Below, one piece after another: positions 10,213 to 20,683 of a stretch of DNA of 64,000 bases. The position numbers were made by a program, and so were the translations under genes. Below the pieces are notes generated by a model. It was not told the origin of the DNA and did no database searches. It was given only the letters and a program-made list of their open reading frames with translations. This DNA comes from an uncultured Afipia sp. (GTDB lineage: Bacteria; Pseudomonadota; Alphaproteobacteria; Rhizobiales; Xanthobacteraceae). The DNA is taken from positions 1,585 to 65,584 of the forward strand of contig CAZQMD010000001.1 in assembly GCA_964594185.1 (NCBI GenBank), in the 5' to 3' direction. Numbering within the stretch: position 1 is the stretch's first letter; each line of letters opens with the position of its first letter.

Positions 10213-10458
10213 ATGGCGGATCACGTCGTCCCTCACTTTCATAACGATGCGGGCGTGGCCATCATCGAAATCGGATCGCGCGAGTTCATGTGCGTGGGAG
10301 CGAATCCCCCGTTCGATCATCCGCATGTGTTTCTCGATCTCGGCGACGACAACGAAATCATCTGCCCGTATTGCTCGACGCTGTACCGCTACGCCAAGGA
10401 CCTTGCCGCCGGACAGGCGCGCCCTCCCGAATGCGTCGTGAAAGACAAAGTCGCCTAA
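10213..10458 (+). CDS. zf-CHCC zinc-finger protein
   Basis: C...DHPHVFL...CPYC pattern. Confidence 0.85.
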   Translation: MADHVVPHFHNDAGVAIIEIGSREFMCVGANPPFDHPHVFLDLGDDNEIICPYCSTLYRYAKDLAAGQARPPECVVKDKVA

Positions 10459-10465
10459 CAAACCT

Positions 10466-11656
10466 GTGGCCGATTCACGCACCATCGTTGTCGCTGGTGC
10501 GGGTATTGGCGGACTGACAACCGCGCTTGCGCTCGCCGCGCGCGGTTTTCGCGTCATCGTGCTTGAGCGCACCGCCAAACTCGAGGAAGCCGGCGCAGGG
10601 CTACAGCTATCGCCCAACGCCAGCCGCGTCCTGATCGAGCTTGGGCTCCAGCCGCCGCTCGCGCCGCATGTCATCGCGCCCGACTCGATCAGCATCATGA
10701 CCGCCCGCACCGGCAAGGAGATCGGCCGCGTGCCGCTCGGCGAAGCCGCGGCGCTGCGCTACGGCGCGCCCTACTGGATCGTTCGCCGCGCCGACCTGCA
10801 ATCCGCATTGCTGGCGCGCGTCACCAGCCATCCCGACATTGACCTGCGACTCGGTGCGCAGTTCGAAGACGTCGCCGTCTATCCGAAGGGCGTCACGGTG
10901 GTTCAGCGCAGCGGCAGCGCGCGGCAACAGGAGCCTGCGCTGGCGCTGATCGGCGCCGACGGTGTCTGGTCCAGCGTCCGTCACCAGATTTTTCCCGACG
11001 CGCAGCCGCAGTTCACCGGCAGCATCGCCTGGCGCGGCACTGTCGATGCCTCGCAATTGCCGCGCGGCTTCGTGACACAGCGCGTGCAATTGTGGATGGG
11101 CACCAACGCGCATCTGGTCGCCTACCCGATGTCCGGCGGCAAGCGCATCAACATGGTCGCCATCGTCTCCGGCAAATGGAACAGGCCGGGCTGGAGCGAG
11201 CCCGGCGATGTGGTCGAGATCGCCAATCATTTCGCCGATCCGCACTGGCCGATTGCCGCGCGCATGATGATCGGCGCGGTCGATAGCTGGCGGAAGTGGG
11301 CGCTGTTTGCCATGCGCGATGGCGGCGTCTGGAACAAGGGACCGATTGCGCTGCTCGGTGACGCGTCTCACGCCATGCTGCCGTTCGCCGCGCAGGGTGC
11401 GGGCATGGCGATCGAAGATGCCGCGGTGATCGCCAAATGTCTCGACGCCTCGCGCGCCAATCCGACGGCAGCTTTCGCGCAATATGCCAGCCAGCGCGCC
11501 GCGCGTGTCGGGCGCGTTCAACGCACCGCGCGCAAGAACGGCCAGACCTATCACCTCGGCGGGCCGGTCGGCTTCGCCCGCGATCAGGTGATCCGCGTGC
11601 TGGGCGGCTCGCGCCTGCTGTCGCGGCAGGACTGGATCTACGACTGGAAGGTCTAG
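10466..11656 (+). CDS. FAD-dependent monooxygenase (salicylate hydroxylase-like)
   Basis: GAGIGG, GADG and GDASHAMLPFAAQG motifs. Confidence 0.9.
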   Translation: MADSRTIVVAGAGIGGLTTALALAARGFRVIVLERTAKLEEAGAGLQLSPNASRVLIELGLQPPLAPHVIAPDSISIMTARTGKEIGRVPLGEAAALRYGAPYWIVRRADLQSALLARVTSHPDIDLRLGAQFEDVAVYPKGVTVVQRSGSARQQEPALALIGADGVWSSVRHQIFPDAQPQFTGSIAWRGTVDASQLPRGFVTQRVQLWMGTNAHLVAYPMSGGKRINMVAIVSGKWNRPGWSEPGDVVEIANHFADPHWPIAARMMIGAVDSWRKWALFAMRDGGVWNKGPIALLGDASHAMLPFAAQGAGMAIEDAAVIAKCLDASRANPTAAFAQYASQRAARVGRVQRTARKNGQTYHLGGPVGFARDQVIRVLGGSRLLSRQDWIYDWKV

Positions 11657-12066
11657 CGGCGTCGCTTGCTGGTGGGCGCGGCGGGAGCGGACGGCGCGGC
11701 AACCTCTGCACTGCAATTGTTGCGGGCCATCTTTTGATCGATGGCGTCGCGCTGCGCGCGCTCGGCGCGATAGTCGGTCTGATAGGCAAGGCCCGAAACC
11801 AGCGTCCCGCCCGCGCCGCTTTCGGCCTTGGCCATCAACCCTTCAAGCTCGACAACGCGGTTGTTGGAGGCCGTGCGCGCCGTGGCGAGCTGCTGGCAGT
11901 TGTAAAGATCGTATTTGGACGGATCGACAAACACGCTCGACCCGAAGCCCGAGTCGCCACCGCTGGCGCAGGCGCCGAGACCGATCGCCATTGCGCCAAG
12001 GATGGCGGCCTGCAGACCGCCGCGCGACTGGCGCAGCACCAAATTGCTTCTCATAACTTCCGTCAT
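11653..12066 (-). CDS. Putative lipoprotein
   Basis: Lipobox LGAC; YNCQQL motif; start uncertain. Confidence 0.6.
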   Translation of the reverse strand: MTEVMRSNLVLRQSRGGLQAAILGAMAIGLGACASGGDSGFGSSVFVDPSKYDLYNCQQLATARTASNNRVVELEGLMAKAESGAGGTLVSGLAYQTDYRAERAQRDAIDQKMARNNCSAEVAAPSAPAAPTSKRRR

Positions 12067-12269
12067 CCGCGCGTGTTTCTGATGTGGGTCGTGTTGCCGG
12101 TCTTCATGTTGAATTTGTGGTGGTGTATTTGGCGCGGGCCGCACGGATAGGGTGCGGCTGCGGTAAGGCTGTCTGGATGAATTCCATGCCGCGATGAATC
12201 AAGGCGCTTGTAGCACCGGTTATTCATAACTATCAGCTACGCCTTGATAATTCATTCATTGGTCCTGAC

Positions 12270-13901
12270 GTGGCTATTCCCTCGTTTCCTCCACCGCCGA
12301 CCCGACCGGCTGTCGCCCCATGGCGCAGGCCGTTCGAGGCATGGCTGGACGGGATCGAGCGCGGATGGGCCATCCCGGCCCTGCTCGCCGCCTTTGTCGC
12401 GGTCTGGATGCTGTATTTCAGCATCGCCTATGTCGCGGGCGACCTGCATCCGGATGTCCTCGAAGCCTGGTCGGTCGGCCGCACCCTGTCCTGGGGCAGC
12501 GGCAAGCATCCGCCGCTGATGGGCTGGTTCACCCATGTTTGGACCCTGATTTTCCCGACCACCGACTGGTCGATGGAATTGCTCGCGATGGTCAACGCCG
12601 CCCTCGCGCTCTGGGCGGTCGACCTGATCACGCGGCGCTATGTGCGCGGCGACAAGCGGGTCATCGTCATTCTTCTGCTGATGCTGTTGCCCGCCTATCA
12701 GTTTCATGCCCAGCGGTTCAACGCCAACACGGTCTTGCTCGCGGTCTGGCCGCTGGCGACCTACTGCTTCCTGCGCTCGTTCGAAACGCGGACAGTGCTC
12801 TGGTCGGCAGCCGCCGGTGTGATGTGCGCCGTCGCGATGCTCGGCAAGTATTACTCGATCTTCCTGATCGCAGCCTTTGCCATCGCCGCCATCGCCCATC
12901 CGCAGCGGCGGGCCTATCTCACTTCAAAAGCGCCGTGGATCTCCGCCATCGCGGGCCTGATCGCGCTGGCCCCTCATCTGCACTGGCTCGCAACCACGGG
13001 CGCGATGCCGTTCCAGTATGCGATGGACGCCCATTCCGGCTGGACATTCTCAGGCATGCTCTGGGAAGTCGCCATGTTCGTCGCCGGCATCGGCGGCTAC
13101 CTCGCCATTCCGGCAATCGCCCTTTTGCTGATGACGCGGGCGAACCTGCGGGCCTTCGCGGCCAATCTGCGCCAGCTCGATTCCGGATTGTTGTTGCTCG
13201 CCATCATTTTCGCGGCAACGATCATCTTGCCCGCCATCGTCGCGATCATTCTGGTGACCGATCTGCCGCCGCTGTGGAATCTGCAGGGCCTGTTCTTTGT
13301 CGCAGTCATCGCGGTGTGCTGCACCCGTTTCACCATCGACCGGTTCGATACGGTCAATCTGACGGTCGGCGTGATAACGCTGTGCCTTGGCGCGGTGATC
13401 GCTGCGCCGTTCTACGCGTCCTACCGCAACACCCACCCGTTCGAAATGCGCCGGAATTTTCTCAAACTGGCAGCGGACGAACTGACCACACGCTGGAACG
13501 ACACCTACGACATGCCGCTCAAGCGCATCAGCGGAAGCGATACCCTCGCCTTCGCGATGGCCTTCTACAGCCCGCAGCATCCCGCCTACAGCCGCCCCTT
13601 CCGTCTTCAGGATCAATGGCCGATTCCGAAACGCGCCCTGCGGGCGGGTTGGGCCGCCATGTGCTTCTCGGACGAAGCTCCCTGCCTGAACTGGATGCAG
13701 CAGGTCCACGACACAGCGCCGAACGGTCAGCGCATCGAATTCACGGTTCAGAGCCGGCTCTGGGGCGTACCCGGGGTGGAAGCGCGGGTCGTGGCGCTGA
13801 TGGTGCCGCCGCATGCCGGTCAGCCGGCCCTGCCGCCTTCACCGTTGCATGAAGAACATCCGTTGCAGGATTTCAGCGCCAGCAGGCGCGCGCCGTTCTA
13901 G
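12270..13901 (+). CDS. ArnT/PMT-like polytopic membrane glycosyltransferase
   Basis: KHPPL and LGKY motifs; many TM helices. Confidence 0.8.
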   Translation: MAIPSFPPPPTRPAVAPWRRPFEAWLDGIERGWAIPALLAAFVAVWMLYFSIAYVAGDLHPDVLEAWSVGRTLSWGSGKHPPLMGWFTHVWTLIFPTTDWSMELLAMVNAALALWAVDLITRRYVRGDKRVIVILLLMLLPAYQFHAQRFNANTVLLAVWPLATYCFLRSFETRTVLWSAAAGVMCAVAMLGKYYSIFLIAAFAIAAIAHPQRRAYLTSKAPWISAIAGLIALAPHLHWLATTGAMPFQYAMDAHSGWTFSGMLWEVAMFVAGIGGYLAIPAIALLLMTRANLRAFAANLRQLDSGLLLLAIIFAATIILPAIVAIILVTDLPPLWNLQGLFFVAVIAVCCTRFTIDRFDTVNLTVGVITLCLGAVIAAPFYASYRNTHPFEMRRNFLKLAADELTTRWNDTYDMPLKRISGSDTLAFAMAFYSPQHPAYSRPFRLQDQWPIPKRALRAGWAAMCFSDEAPCLNWMQQVHDTAPNGQRIEFTVQSRLWGVPGVEARVVALMVPPHAGQPALPPSPLHEEHPLQDFSASRRAPF

Positions 13902-13938
13902 ACCGGCACAACTGCGTCAGCGCACGACGCGATTGGCG

Positions 13939-14148
13939 TCAAAGCGTTTCCTGCTTGTGGCCGCATTCCTTGCAGGTGAACGACGCCCGCTTTGTGCCCT
14001 TCTCGGCCAAAACGCGATTAGGCTTGCCGCACTTGCCGCATGTCGCATCGAAGCGCGTATTGCCCTGCTTGACGACAAGCGCCTTGCGTTCCATCGCCTC
14101 ACGCACCAGCCGCTCGGTTTCCTCGCGCAGGGCCTGCTTGTCCACCAT
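13939..14148 (-). CDS. Small zinc-ribbon protein
   Basis: CGKC...CKEC; GAAGGA ribosome-binding site upstream. Confidence 0.7.
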   Translation of the reverse strand: MVDKQALREETERLVREAMERKALVVKQGNTRFDATCGKCGKPNRVLAEKGTKRASFTCKECGHKQETL

Positions 14149-14190
14149 GGTCGGTCCTTCGGCTATGTCCCGGAAAATTCCCGCGCGTAT

Positions 14191-14634
14191 TTAGCGGGCC
14201 TTGCTCCCGTTTAACAAACCATATCCATCCGCGACACGGCGAAATCGCCATTGACCTGTGCCGCCGGGATGCACTGTCAGCACGGGACCATCTGTCTCGA
14301 CCTGCGTCCTGCTGTTGCTCATGGTGCCGTTATGGCTTTTCCATTTCAGCGAAACGGAACTGCCCCACACCTTGCAGTCATAAACGCCGCCCAGCGAACT
14401 CCGAAAAATAATCCAGCCGAAACTTTCGTCGATCTGGTGCGGAGGCTGCGGCAGGTTGAAGTACGACTGCACGCTCGCCTGACAGATCAGCGCGTTCGTC
14501 CAGGACGTGTCGCTACCCTGAGCAAGGGAAACGGTTGGGCTCAATGCACCGGAGGTGAGAAAGGCAGCGAAGCCGGCAGTTCTGAAAAACACGTTCGTAT
14601 CCTGCAACATCACCTGGTCGAAAACGGCATCCAT
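14191..14634 (-). CDS. Hypothetical exported protein
   Basis: ORF just downstream of the tRNA 3' half; signal-peptide-like segment; start uncertain. Confidence 0.5.
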   Translation of the reverse strand: MDAVFDQVMLQDTNVFFRTAGFAAFLTSGALSPTVSLAQGSDTSWTNALICQASVQSYFNLPQPPHQIDESFGWIIFRSSLGGVYDCKVWGSSVSLKWKSHNGTMSNSRTQVETDGPVLTVHPGGTGQWRFRRVADGYGLLNGSKAR

Positions 14635-14656
14635 TGTCCTGATGCGGACAACGTTT

Positions 14657-14712
14657 TGGTGCGGACGGCGGGAATCGAACCCGCACGACGTTGCCATCGA
14701 GGGATTTTAAGT
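14657..14712 (-). pseudogene. 3' half of the interrupted host tRNA-Leu(UAA), left island junction
   Basis: Minus strand reads ACTTAAAATCCCTCGATGGCAACGTCGTGCGGGTTCGATTCCCGCCGTCCGCACCA (anticodon loop, long variable arm, T arm, CCA); no 5' half adjacent. Confidence 0.95.
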
Positions 14713-14769
14713 GTACTCAGCCTATATACATCTTATTGAAATCGTTTGATATTTTCGCTTCAAAAAAGT

Positions 14770-14791
14770 GTATGTGTAAAAGACTGTGTAA
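14770..14791 (+). repeat. Putative integrase arm-type sites, left end
   Basis: TGTGTAA at 14773 and 14785; GTATGTGTAA also present at the right end (43756). Confidence 0.65.
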
Positions 14792-14996
14792 AAATTCCCC
14801 GTTTTTGCCCTATTGGACGAACCATTCGCCCATCTGGGCTTCTAGCGATATTTAGGACTTTTTTCCAGAAGAAATCGGATGCGGCTTCAATAGCACTACG
14901 AAACTGCAAAACAGTGTGGCCTGCTTGCCTTTTGCGAAGCTAGTCTCGCCCGCTTTTCCTTACCAAACGGTTTGCAGCACCGATTAGTCCTTTCAT

Positions 14997-16223
14997 TTAC
15001 GCTCCCTGCTGCCGATACCGCTGCGTGATGATGAGACCTATCAGGGCGATGGCTGTGAATCCCGCTCCCGCCAAAAATGTGAAGCGCGGCCCATAGGCAT
15101 CCCACAGCCCGCCCGCGATGACACTGGCGATGAGCATGGCTACCCCGCTCGCAAGATTGAAAATGCCAAACGCGGTTCCGCGCAATCTCTCGGGCGCGGT
15201 GTCGGCTACAAGTGTTGCCAGCAATCCTTGGGTAAGGCCCATGTGAAGTCCCCAGAACACAACACCCAAAAGGACGGCGGGTATCGTGGCCGCGAAGGCA
15301 AGTGTGAGGTCGGCCACAATAAGCATAGAAATGCCCACAAGAAGAATGCCGTTGCGTCCAATGCGATCAGACAGGCTTCCGGCTGGATAGGAAGAGAGCG
15401 CATAGATGACGTTCATCACCACCATCACCACTGGGACGAACGCAATCGGCAAGCCCACGTTCTGTGCTTTCAAGATGAGGAATGCTTCACTGAACCGCGC
15501 CAATGTGAAGATGGCTGCAATGCCCACGACAACCCAAAACGCGCCTGAAAACAACTTCGCATCACGCCAATGCAAACGAGGCTCGCTGGCTTCACTCGTC
15601 GCTTTCTTGGCTGGTTCTTCAACACCATAGACCATGAGACCGAACGCGATGAACGCCGGAATGACTGCAATCCAGAACACCAACTTAAAATTATCGGCTG
15701 TCAGCAGCATGAGGCCGATAGCGAAAAGCGGCCCGACAAATGCGCCAATGGTATCGAGCGATTGCCGCAGGCCAAAGCTCGCGCCGCGCAAATGATCCGG
15801 CGCAATATCGGCAACTAGCGCATCACGCGGCGCACCCCGAATGCCCTTGCCAATCCGGTCAACGAAACGCGCGCCCACGAACCATCCAATGCTGCTTGCC
15901 AATGGAAATACCGGCTTCGTGAAAGCCGCCAAGCCGTAGCCGATGACGGCAAGCAATTTACGTTTGCCGAGCCAATCGGAAATTGCGCCTGAAAATACTT
16001 TGGTAATCATTGCCGTCGCCTCGGCAATGCCTTCGATGAAGCCCACTGTCACCATCGAAGCACCAAGTACGCTGACGAGATAGATCGGAAACAGCGCATG
16101 GATCATCTCCGACGAGATGTCCATGAACATGCTGACGAAGCCGAGTGCCCAAACCCCGCGCGGAATTTGTTTCAGGACATTTGTTTGGGTGGGCGGAATT
16201 GACATTCGGGTTTCGGATTTCAT
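14997..16223 (-). CDS. MFS transporter
   Basis: GAISDWLGKRK and GSLSDRIGR motif A; about 12 TM segments. Confidence 0.9.
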   Translation of the reverse strand: MKSETRMSIPPTQTNVLKQIPRGVWALGFVSMFMDISSEMIHALFPIYLVSVLGASMVTVGFIEGIAEATAMITKVFSGAISDWLGKRKLLAVIGYGLAAFTKPVFPLASSIGWFVGARFVDRIGKGIRGAPRDALVADIAPDHLRGASFGLRQSLDTIGAFVGPLFAIGLMLLTADNFKLVFWIAVIPAFIAFGLMVYGVEEPAKKATSEASEPRLHWRDAKLFSGAFWVVVGIAAIFTLARFSEAFLILKAQNVGLPIAFVPVVMVVMNVIYALSSYPAGSLSDRIGRNGILLVGISMLIVADLTLAFAATIPAVLLGVVFWGLHMGLTQGLLATLVADTAPERLRGTAFGIFNLASGVAMLIASVIAGGLWDAYGPRFTFLAGAGFTAIALIGLIITQRYRQQGA

Positions 16224-16248
16224 TTAGTGTTGATTGTGAACGCCGCCG

Positions 16249-17172
16249 TTATCCTGACGTGCCAGAGGAAAGCACCCGCTCAAGGTTTTTAACCAATGTG
16301 GCCCGCTGAACTGCACTGAGCGTATCAAGGTTTTGCTGACGCCACTTCACTGCCGGTAAGTCCACCGCCGCAGGCACGCCAAGAAGTTCCCACTCTGGCT
16401 GACCCTTTTCAAAAGAAACAAGAAAACGGCGATGCGCGTCAGGCATCTTGCCGACAATACCCGCGATAAGGGCTTCGCGTGCTGCTGAAAGCTCTTCGAG
16501 CGAAACCGGTTCATCCGTCATGCCCGCAAAACCCCGCGCGAATTCCTCGGCAAGCTCTTTGCGTGTGGGTGCGAGAACTTCAAACATGGGTCTGCCATGA
16601 CTGAGCAGATAAACAATGAAGGCATTTCGCAACTCGTCACTGAGGCCTTCTTGCGCCAGCAAGTCCCGAACGTCGAATAGGTCACGCGGATGCTGACGGT
16701 CAAGGGCAGCAACAATTTTTCCAGCATACAAATCGGCAAATGAGACGACGCGCATTTCCGCAAAGCCGAAGGCTTCTTCGACCTGCGGTGAGACCGTGCG
16801 CATTTCGGGTTCAAACACGCAACCGCGTAGCACAGGTGTCACTTCGATTTTGATTTGAACGCCGTCCGCCCGAATGAAGAGTTTCGTCACCGCGCCTTCC
16901 ACACCCGCCTCGGTGAGTTCAGTCGGTTTGATACCCGCATGGATGCGAGCCTTGATTCGCGTCATCGCTGCGCTGATGGCAGCCAGCGATTTCGGACGCG
17001 GCTCAACGGGTAGATAGGTCAGATCAATATCAACTGACAGGCGCGGCATATCGCGGATAAAAAGATTGATCGCTGTGCCGCCTTTCAGGGCAAAGCACGG
17101 CTCTTCTGCGACGTGCGGCAGTGTGCGAACAAGCAGGCTGACCTGCTTGCGGTAAATGTCACTGAACGCCAT
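16249..17172 (-). CDS. abiEii: AbiEii/AbiGii-family nucleotidyltransferase toxin (type IV TA)
   Basis: LKGGTAINLF..RLSVDIDL, GKIVAALDR and RDLFD motifs; overlaps the antitoxin stop. Confidence 0.9.
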   Translation of the reverse strand: MAFSDIYRKQVSLLVRTLPHVAEEPCFALKGGTAINLFIRDMPRLSVDIDLTYLPVEPRPKSLAAISAAMTRIKARIHAGIKPTELTEAGVEGAVTKLFIRADGVQIKIEVTPVLRGCVFEPEMRTVSPQVEEAFGFAEMRVVSFADLYAGKIVAALDRQHPRDLFDVRDLLAQEGLSDELRNAFIVYLLSHGRPMFEVLAPTRKELAEEFARGFAGMTDEPVSLEELSAAREALIAGIVGKMPDAHRRFLVSFEKGQPEWELLGVPAAVDLPAVKWRQQNLDTLSAVQRATLVKNLERVLSSGTSG

Positions 17173-18010
17173 CCAAGTCCTCCGGCACGGTGATCTGAGT
17201 AGCGGGATCAAGTCGCCCACCTTTGACTAACATGCGCTTGCCGGTTCCAAAGTTCACCTGATTCCGATCAAGCCGCTTGTACCAAGCATGGTGATGACGC
17301 TCGGCAAAGAAAAAGAACAGGCGCTTGACCTTCACGCTGCGGCAATCTTGAAGCAATTTTTTCAGCCGTTCTGGACTTAGGCTCGTAAGCCCAGAAAAAA
17401 GCATATCCACTTGATGGAAGCTCTCGTGATGCGGCAACTCATCTAGCAATTGGAGAACAGCGCGCTCGGGCGTTGCAAGCGTAAGCGGCCAATCCCATTG
17501 ACCGTAAGGTTGCTCGATGACACCGCCTCTGAATGAGGTCACATCACGTCCTGAATTTTTCTCAACGTTCCATGACAGGCTGGTGAGTGCTCGTGTTATC
17601 GGCTCATTGGCAAAAAGGCGTTGATCGTTGTGAACAACAAACGCCACGCCGAGCGAAAGGCGCCGCAACCATGCGGGCAATTTTTCGCCACCATAGAGAT
17701 GCACCTCCTTGGTTTTTTGCGGCAGGTAGTGAGCATAGCCTTGGAGTTCGAGAGCGGTGCGGCCTCCCACGACAACTGGGCAACTCAGAATGGTCTGCAA
17801 CGAGATAACCACTTGCTGCCACGTCAGGGGGCCGCGCGGGTTGCGCCAATAGAGCTGACGTGTTGGCTGCTCAAGTCTGCCGGACTTCACGTACTGGCTT
17901 CGCAGCGACGTTGAATAGCCGTGCTTGGTGAGCCACGCGGAATCCACCACAAGCCCCTCGGGAAGGTGCTGCTCAAGCCAGTTTAGCTTATTTTGTTTTT
18001 GCGTAGTCAT
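17159..18010 (-). CDS. abiEi: AbiEi-family antitoxin / transcriptional regulator
   Basis: N-terminal wHTH; GGRTALELQGYAHY, TPERA and SVKVKRLF motifs. Confidence 0.88.
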   Translation of the reverse strand: MTTQKQNKLNWLEQHLPEGLVVDSAWLTKHGYSTSLRSQYVKSGRLEQPTRQLYWRNPRGPLTWQQVVISLQTILSCPVVVGGRTALELQGYAHYLPQKTKEVHLYGGEKLPAWLRRLSLGVAFVVHNDQRLFANEPITRALTSLSWNVEKNSGRDVTSFRGGVIEQPYGQWDWPLTLATPERAVLQLLDELPHHESFHQVDMLFSGLTSLSPERLKKLLQDCRSVKVKRLFFFFAERHHHAWYKRLDRNQVNFGTGKRMLVKGGRLDPATQITVPEDLDGVQ

Positions 18011-18132
18011 GCTACGCATCCTAGCACATTCTCAAACCGATTTCTAGTTTGAAATATGCCTCCAACGCTAAGGTTTTCTTAGCAATTATTGACATTTATA
18101 AACCAATTGGTGGGCCACCTCACCGCATAGAG

Positions 18133-19473
18133 TCACGCCAAAGGTAACGAACTGTGTTCCGGTGTGGGGCTAACGACCGAAGGGATACTAACAGTTACAC
18201 GCAGACCTGATCGCGCGGCACCCCCTATATTTTCTAAGGTCACTGAACCTTCCAACCGTTCGACGATGCGCTTCACAATGGAAAGCCCAAGCCCTGACCC
18301 TTCCTTGACAGCGGCGCTTCCGCGTATAAACGGTTCAAAAATTCGAGCAAGCTCGGCTTCCGGTATTCCCGGCCCATTATCCTCAACCTGAAATATCGCT
18401 CGCGTTCCCTCACGGTAGACCCCTATGTCAATCCTGCCATCAAGCGGGATATGGCGGATGGCATTATCGATCAGATTGCGGATCATGACTTTCAACATCG
18501 TAGGCCCGCCCCGCACGAACACCGCTTCGACGATTTCAAATCCGAGATCGACGTCCCGATCCGCCATGCTCGTCAATACGTCCGCGACAACTTCCTTCGT
18601 GCATTGGTCAAGGGACGTAGCCGGAACATCAATCTTACCCGTCATGTCGTAGCGCGCGAGCGCGAGCAACTGTTCCAGTAGGTGAGCCGTGCGACGGGTG
18701 CCCTCGCGCAACGCCGCCAGCCGCTCGCGGCTTTCCGGCATCAACTCCCCATGGGCAAGATTATCCGCCTGAAGGCTGATGGCGGTGACGGGGGTGCGAA
18801 GCTCATGGGCCGCATCGGCAATGAAGCGCCGTTGCTGGTCGATGAGGCCTTGGACACGTTCCAGCAGACGGTTGATAGAGGCGATAAACGGATGCAATTC
18901 ATCGGGCGTGCCTTCAAGCGGAAGATGTTGAAGATCGTCGGCCTGACGCGCATCAACGCGCTCCGCTAGAGAACGCACTGGCCGCAGCGTTTGGTGGATA
19001 ACCAGACCAACAATCAGCATCAGGAAGGGAATAAGGGCGAGCAACGGCACCACACTACGAAGCGCGCTGTCGCTCGCAATTTCGTCGCGGATCGCGGTGG
19101 GCTGGCCAATCGCTATACGGCTGGCATCCGCGCGCGTCCTAATAAGTACGCGCCAAGGGCCACCGCTTCGTGTGACGGTATGCAGCCCATCGGGCAGGGC
19201 CTGTAGTTTACCTCTCTCATTCAGATCACCACCCGGACCATCGAGCGGTTCGATCACGACTTGCGCTTCGGCATCGACGCCACCGCCCGCAGGCGCGGTG
19301 TCCAGGATATGGATCGCACCTGCCACCGCGCCAATCTGAACGAGGATTGAATCCTGCAACTCGATCGCCTCATCGAACGCCCATTTATAGGCGAGTACAC
19401 CTGCGCACAGACCGGCGACGATAATCGTAATTGTCAGGCTGACGAAAAGTCGGCCACGCAGGGATCGCGTCAT
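18133..19473 (-). CDS. Sensor histidine kinase (QseC/PmrB-like)
   Basis: FIADAAHELRTP H-box; NLIDNA, DNGPG and GSGLGL boxes; two TM segments. Confidence 0.92.
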   Translation of the reverse strand: MTRSLRGRLFVSLTITIIVAGLCAGVLAYKWAFDEAIELQDSILVQIGAVAGAIHILDTAPAGGGVDAEAQVVIEPLDGPGGDLNERGKLQALPDGLHTVTRSGGPWRVLIRTRADASRIAIGQPTAIRDEIASDSALRSVVPLLALIPFLMLIVGLVIHQTLRPVRSLAERVDARQADDLQHLPLEGTPDELHPFIASINRLLERVQGLIDQQRRFIADAAHELRTPVTAISLQADNLAHGELMPESRERLAALREGTRRTAHLLEQLLALARYDMTGKIDVPATSLDQCTKEVVADVLTSMADRDVDLGFEIVEAVFVRGGPTMLKVMIRNLIDNAIRHIPLDGRIDIGVYREGTRAIFQVEDNGPGIPEAELARIFEPFIRGSAAVKEGSGLGLSIVKRIVERLEGSVTLENIGGAARSGLRVTVSIPSVVSPTPEHSSLPLA

Positions 19474-20132
19474 GACGCTCGGTCGACCATCCATCCGACC
19501 CCCCTGACGTTGCGGATAGAAGATACTCCGATTTTCTTACGGATCGCGTGAATCAAAAACTCGATAGCGTTGCTTTCGACTTCCTCGTTCCAGCCGTAAA
19601 TTTGCCGTTCCAGATCGCTGCGCGACAGGATCACGCCCGGCCTTGTCAGGAGCGCTTGCAGCAACGCGAACTCACGCGCGGTGAGGTGGCAGGTTGTTTT
19701 GCCAAGGACGACTTCGTGCGTCGCAGGGTCAAGACTAATGACGCCGTTACTCAATACCGGAGCCGCGCCGCTGCCCGGACGCCGAAGGATGGCGCGCAGC
19801 CGCGCCAACAATTCGCGGATTTCGAAAGGTTTGACCAGATAGTCATCAGCACCGAGGTCAAGCCCATCGATCCGGTCGTCGATACCGTCGCGCGCGGTGA
19901 CGATGATCACGGGAAGCGTTCGGCCACTCTTCCGCAAACGCCGCAACACCTCGCGCCCATCGACGTTGGGAAGGCCTAAGTCGAGCAATGCTGCGTCGTA
20001 GGTTTCTACCTCTGCGGCTTCAATCGCGCTCTCACCCTCGGTGACCCAATCGACCGCGTAGGCGGCATCTTTCAACGCCTGCACTAGCGCCGCGCCCACC
20101 ATGCGGTCATCTTCGATTAACAGCACACGCAT
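19470..20132 (-). CDS. OmpR-family response regulator (QseB/PmrA-like)
   Basis: MRVLLIEDD, LLDLGLP, GADDYLVKPF and IRNVRGVGW motifs. Confidence 0.92.
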   Translation of the reverse strand: MRVLLIEDDRMVGAALVQALKDAAYAVDWVTEGESAIEAAEVETYDAALLDLGLPNVDGREVLRRLRKSGRTLPVIIVTARDGIDDRIDGLDLGADDYLVKPFEIRELLARLRAILRRPGSGAAPVLSNGVISLDPATHEVVLGKTTCHLTAREFALLQALLTRPGVILSRSDLERQIYGWNEEVESNAIEFLIHAIRKKIGVSSIRNVRGVGWMVDRAS

Positions 20133-20202
20133 TCGTTCCCCTGTCAGCGTAACCGGCGGCGTATTCCTGTCCGCCGCCGACTTTCGCATAGGCTTATGTA
20201 AC

Positions 20203-20538
20203 TCAATCGGTCTTATCGCCGTCATCGTCGTTATCGGCGGTGTCCTCCGTCGAGGCTAGGACGATACCATTCACGGCATCGACTTTCACGTCGAAAACCT
20301 TGGAGGCGGTTTTTACTTCGACATCGTAGACCCAGCCGCCGCCCTTTTGAGCTTCGTATTCGGCGCGGACCGCTTTGCCTCGAACGTGCTTTTCGGCGAC
20401 TGCAACTGCGGTGTTCATGGATACCTTTGCAGATGCAATCGGCCCTGCGTCATTGGTCGAAACCGTCGCGGTTTCAGCGAACGCGGCGGTCGAGAACAAA
20501 AGGGCAGCAGCACAAGCGGGAATTAGGAATCGGGACAT
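20203..20538 (-). CDS. PepSY-domain exported protein
   Basis: Signal peptide; YDVEV...VKVDAVNG motif; AGGAG ribosome-binding site. Confidence 0.85.
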   Translation of the reverse strand: MSRFLIPACAAALLFSTAAFAETATVSTNDAGPIASAKVSMNTAVAVAEKHVRGKAVRAEYEAQKGGGWVYDVEVKTASKVFDVKVDAVNGIVLASTEDTADNDDDGDKTD

Positions 20539-20588
20539 GTTGTATTCTCCTTTGGTTGGTTGGAACGCACGATTGATTGCGACTCAGA

Positions 20589-20683
20589 CTTAGCAGGGCC
20601 TTAGCGATTACGGCGACGCATGTGCCAACAATAGGACATTGCGTAACGATTCCTGAGCGACCGTTCCTAAGTCGCCGCTAAGT
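20589..20683. promoter_or_regulatory. Paired OmpR-family regulator boxes for the divergent promoters
   Basis: CTTAGC-N5-CTTAGC (20589-20605) and oppositely oriented CTAAGT-N5-CTAAGT (20667-20683), both with 11-bp period. Confidence 0.6.

Noticed and set aside
8796..13852. Long antisense or alternate-frame ORFs (e.g. 8796..9959, 10607..11716, 12320..13852)
   Set aside because: Shadow ORFs typical of high-GC DNA, overlapping well-supported genes
14635..14697. N-terminal extension of ORF 14191..14697
   Set aside because: It is the translated tRNA 3' half
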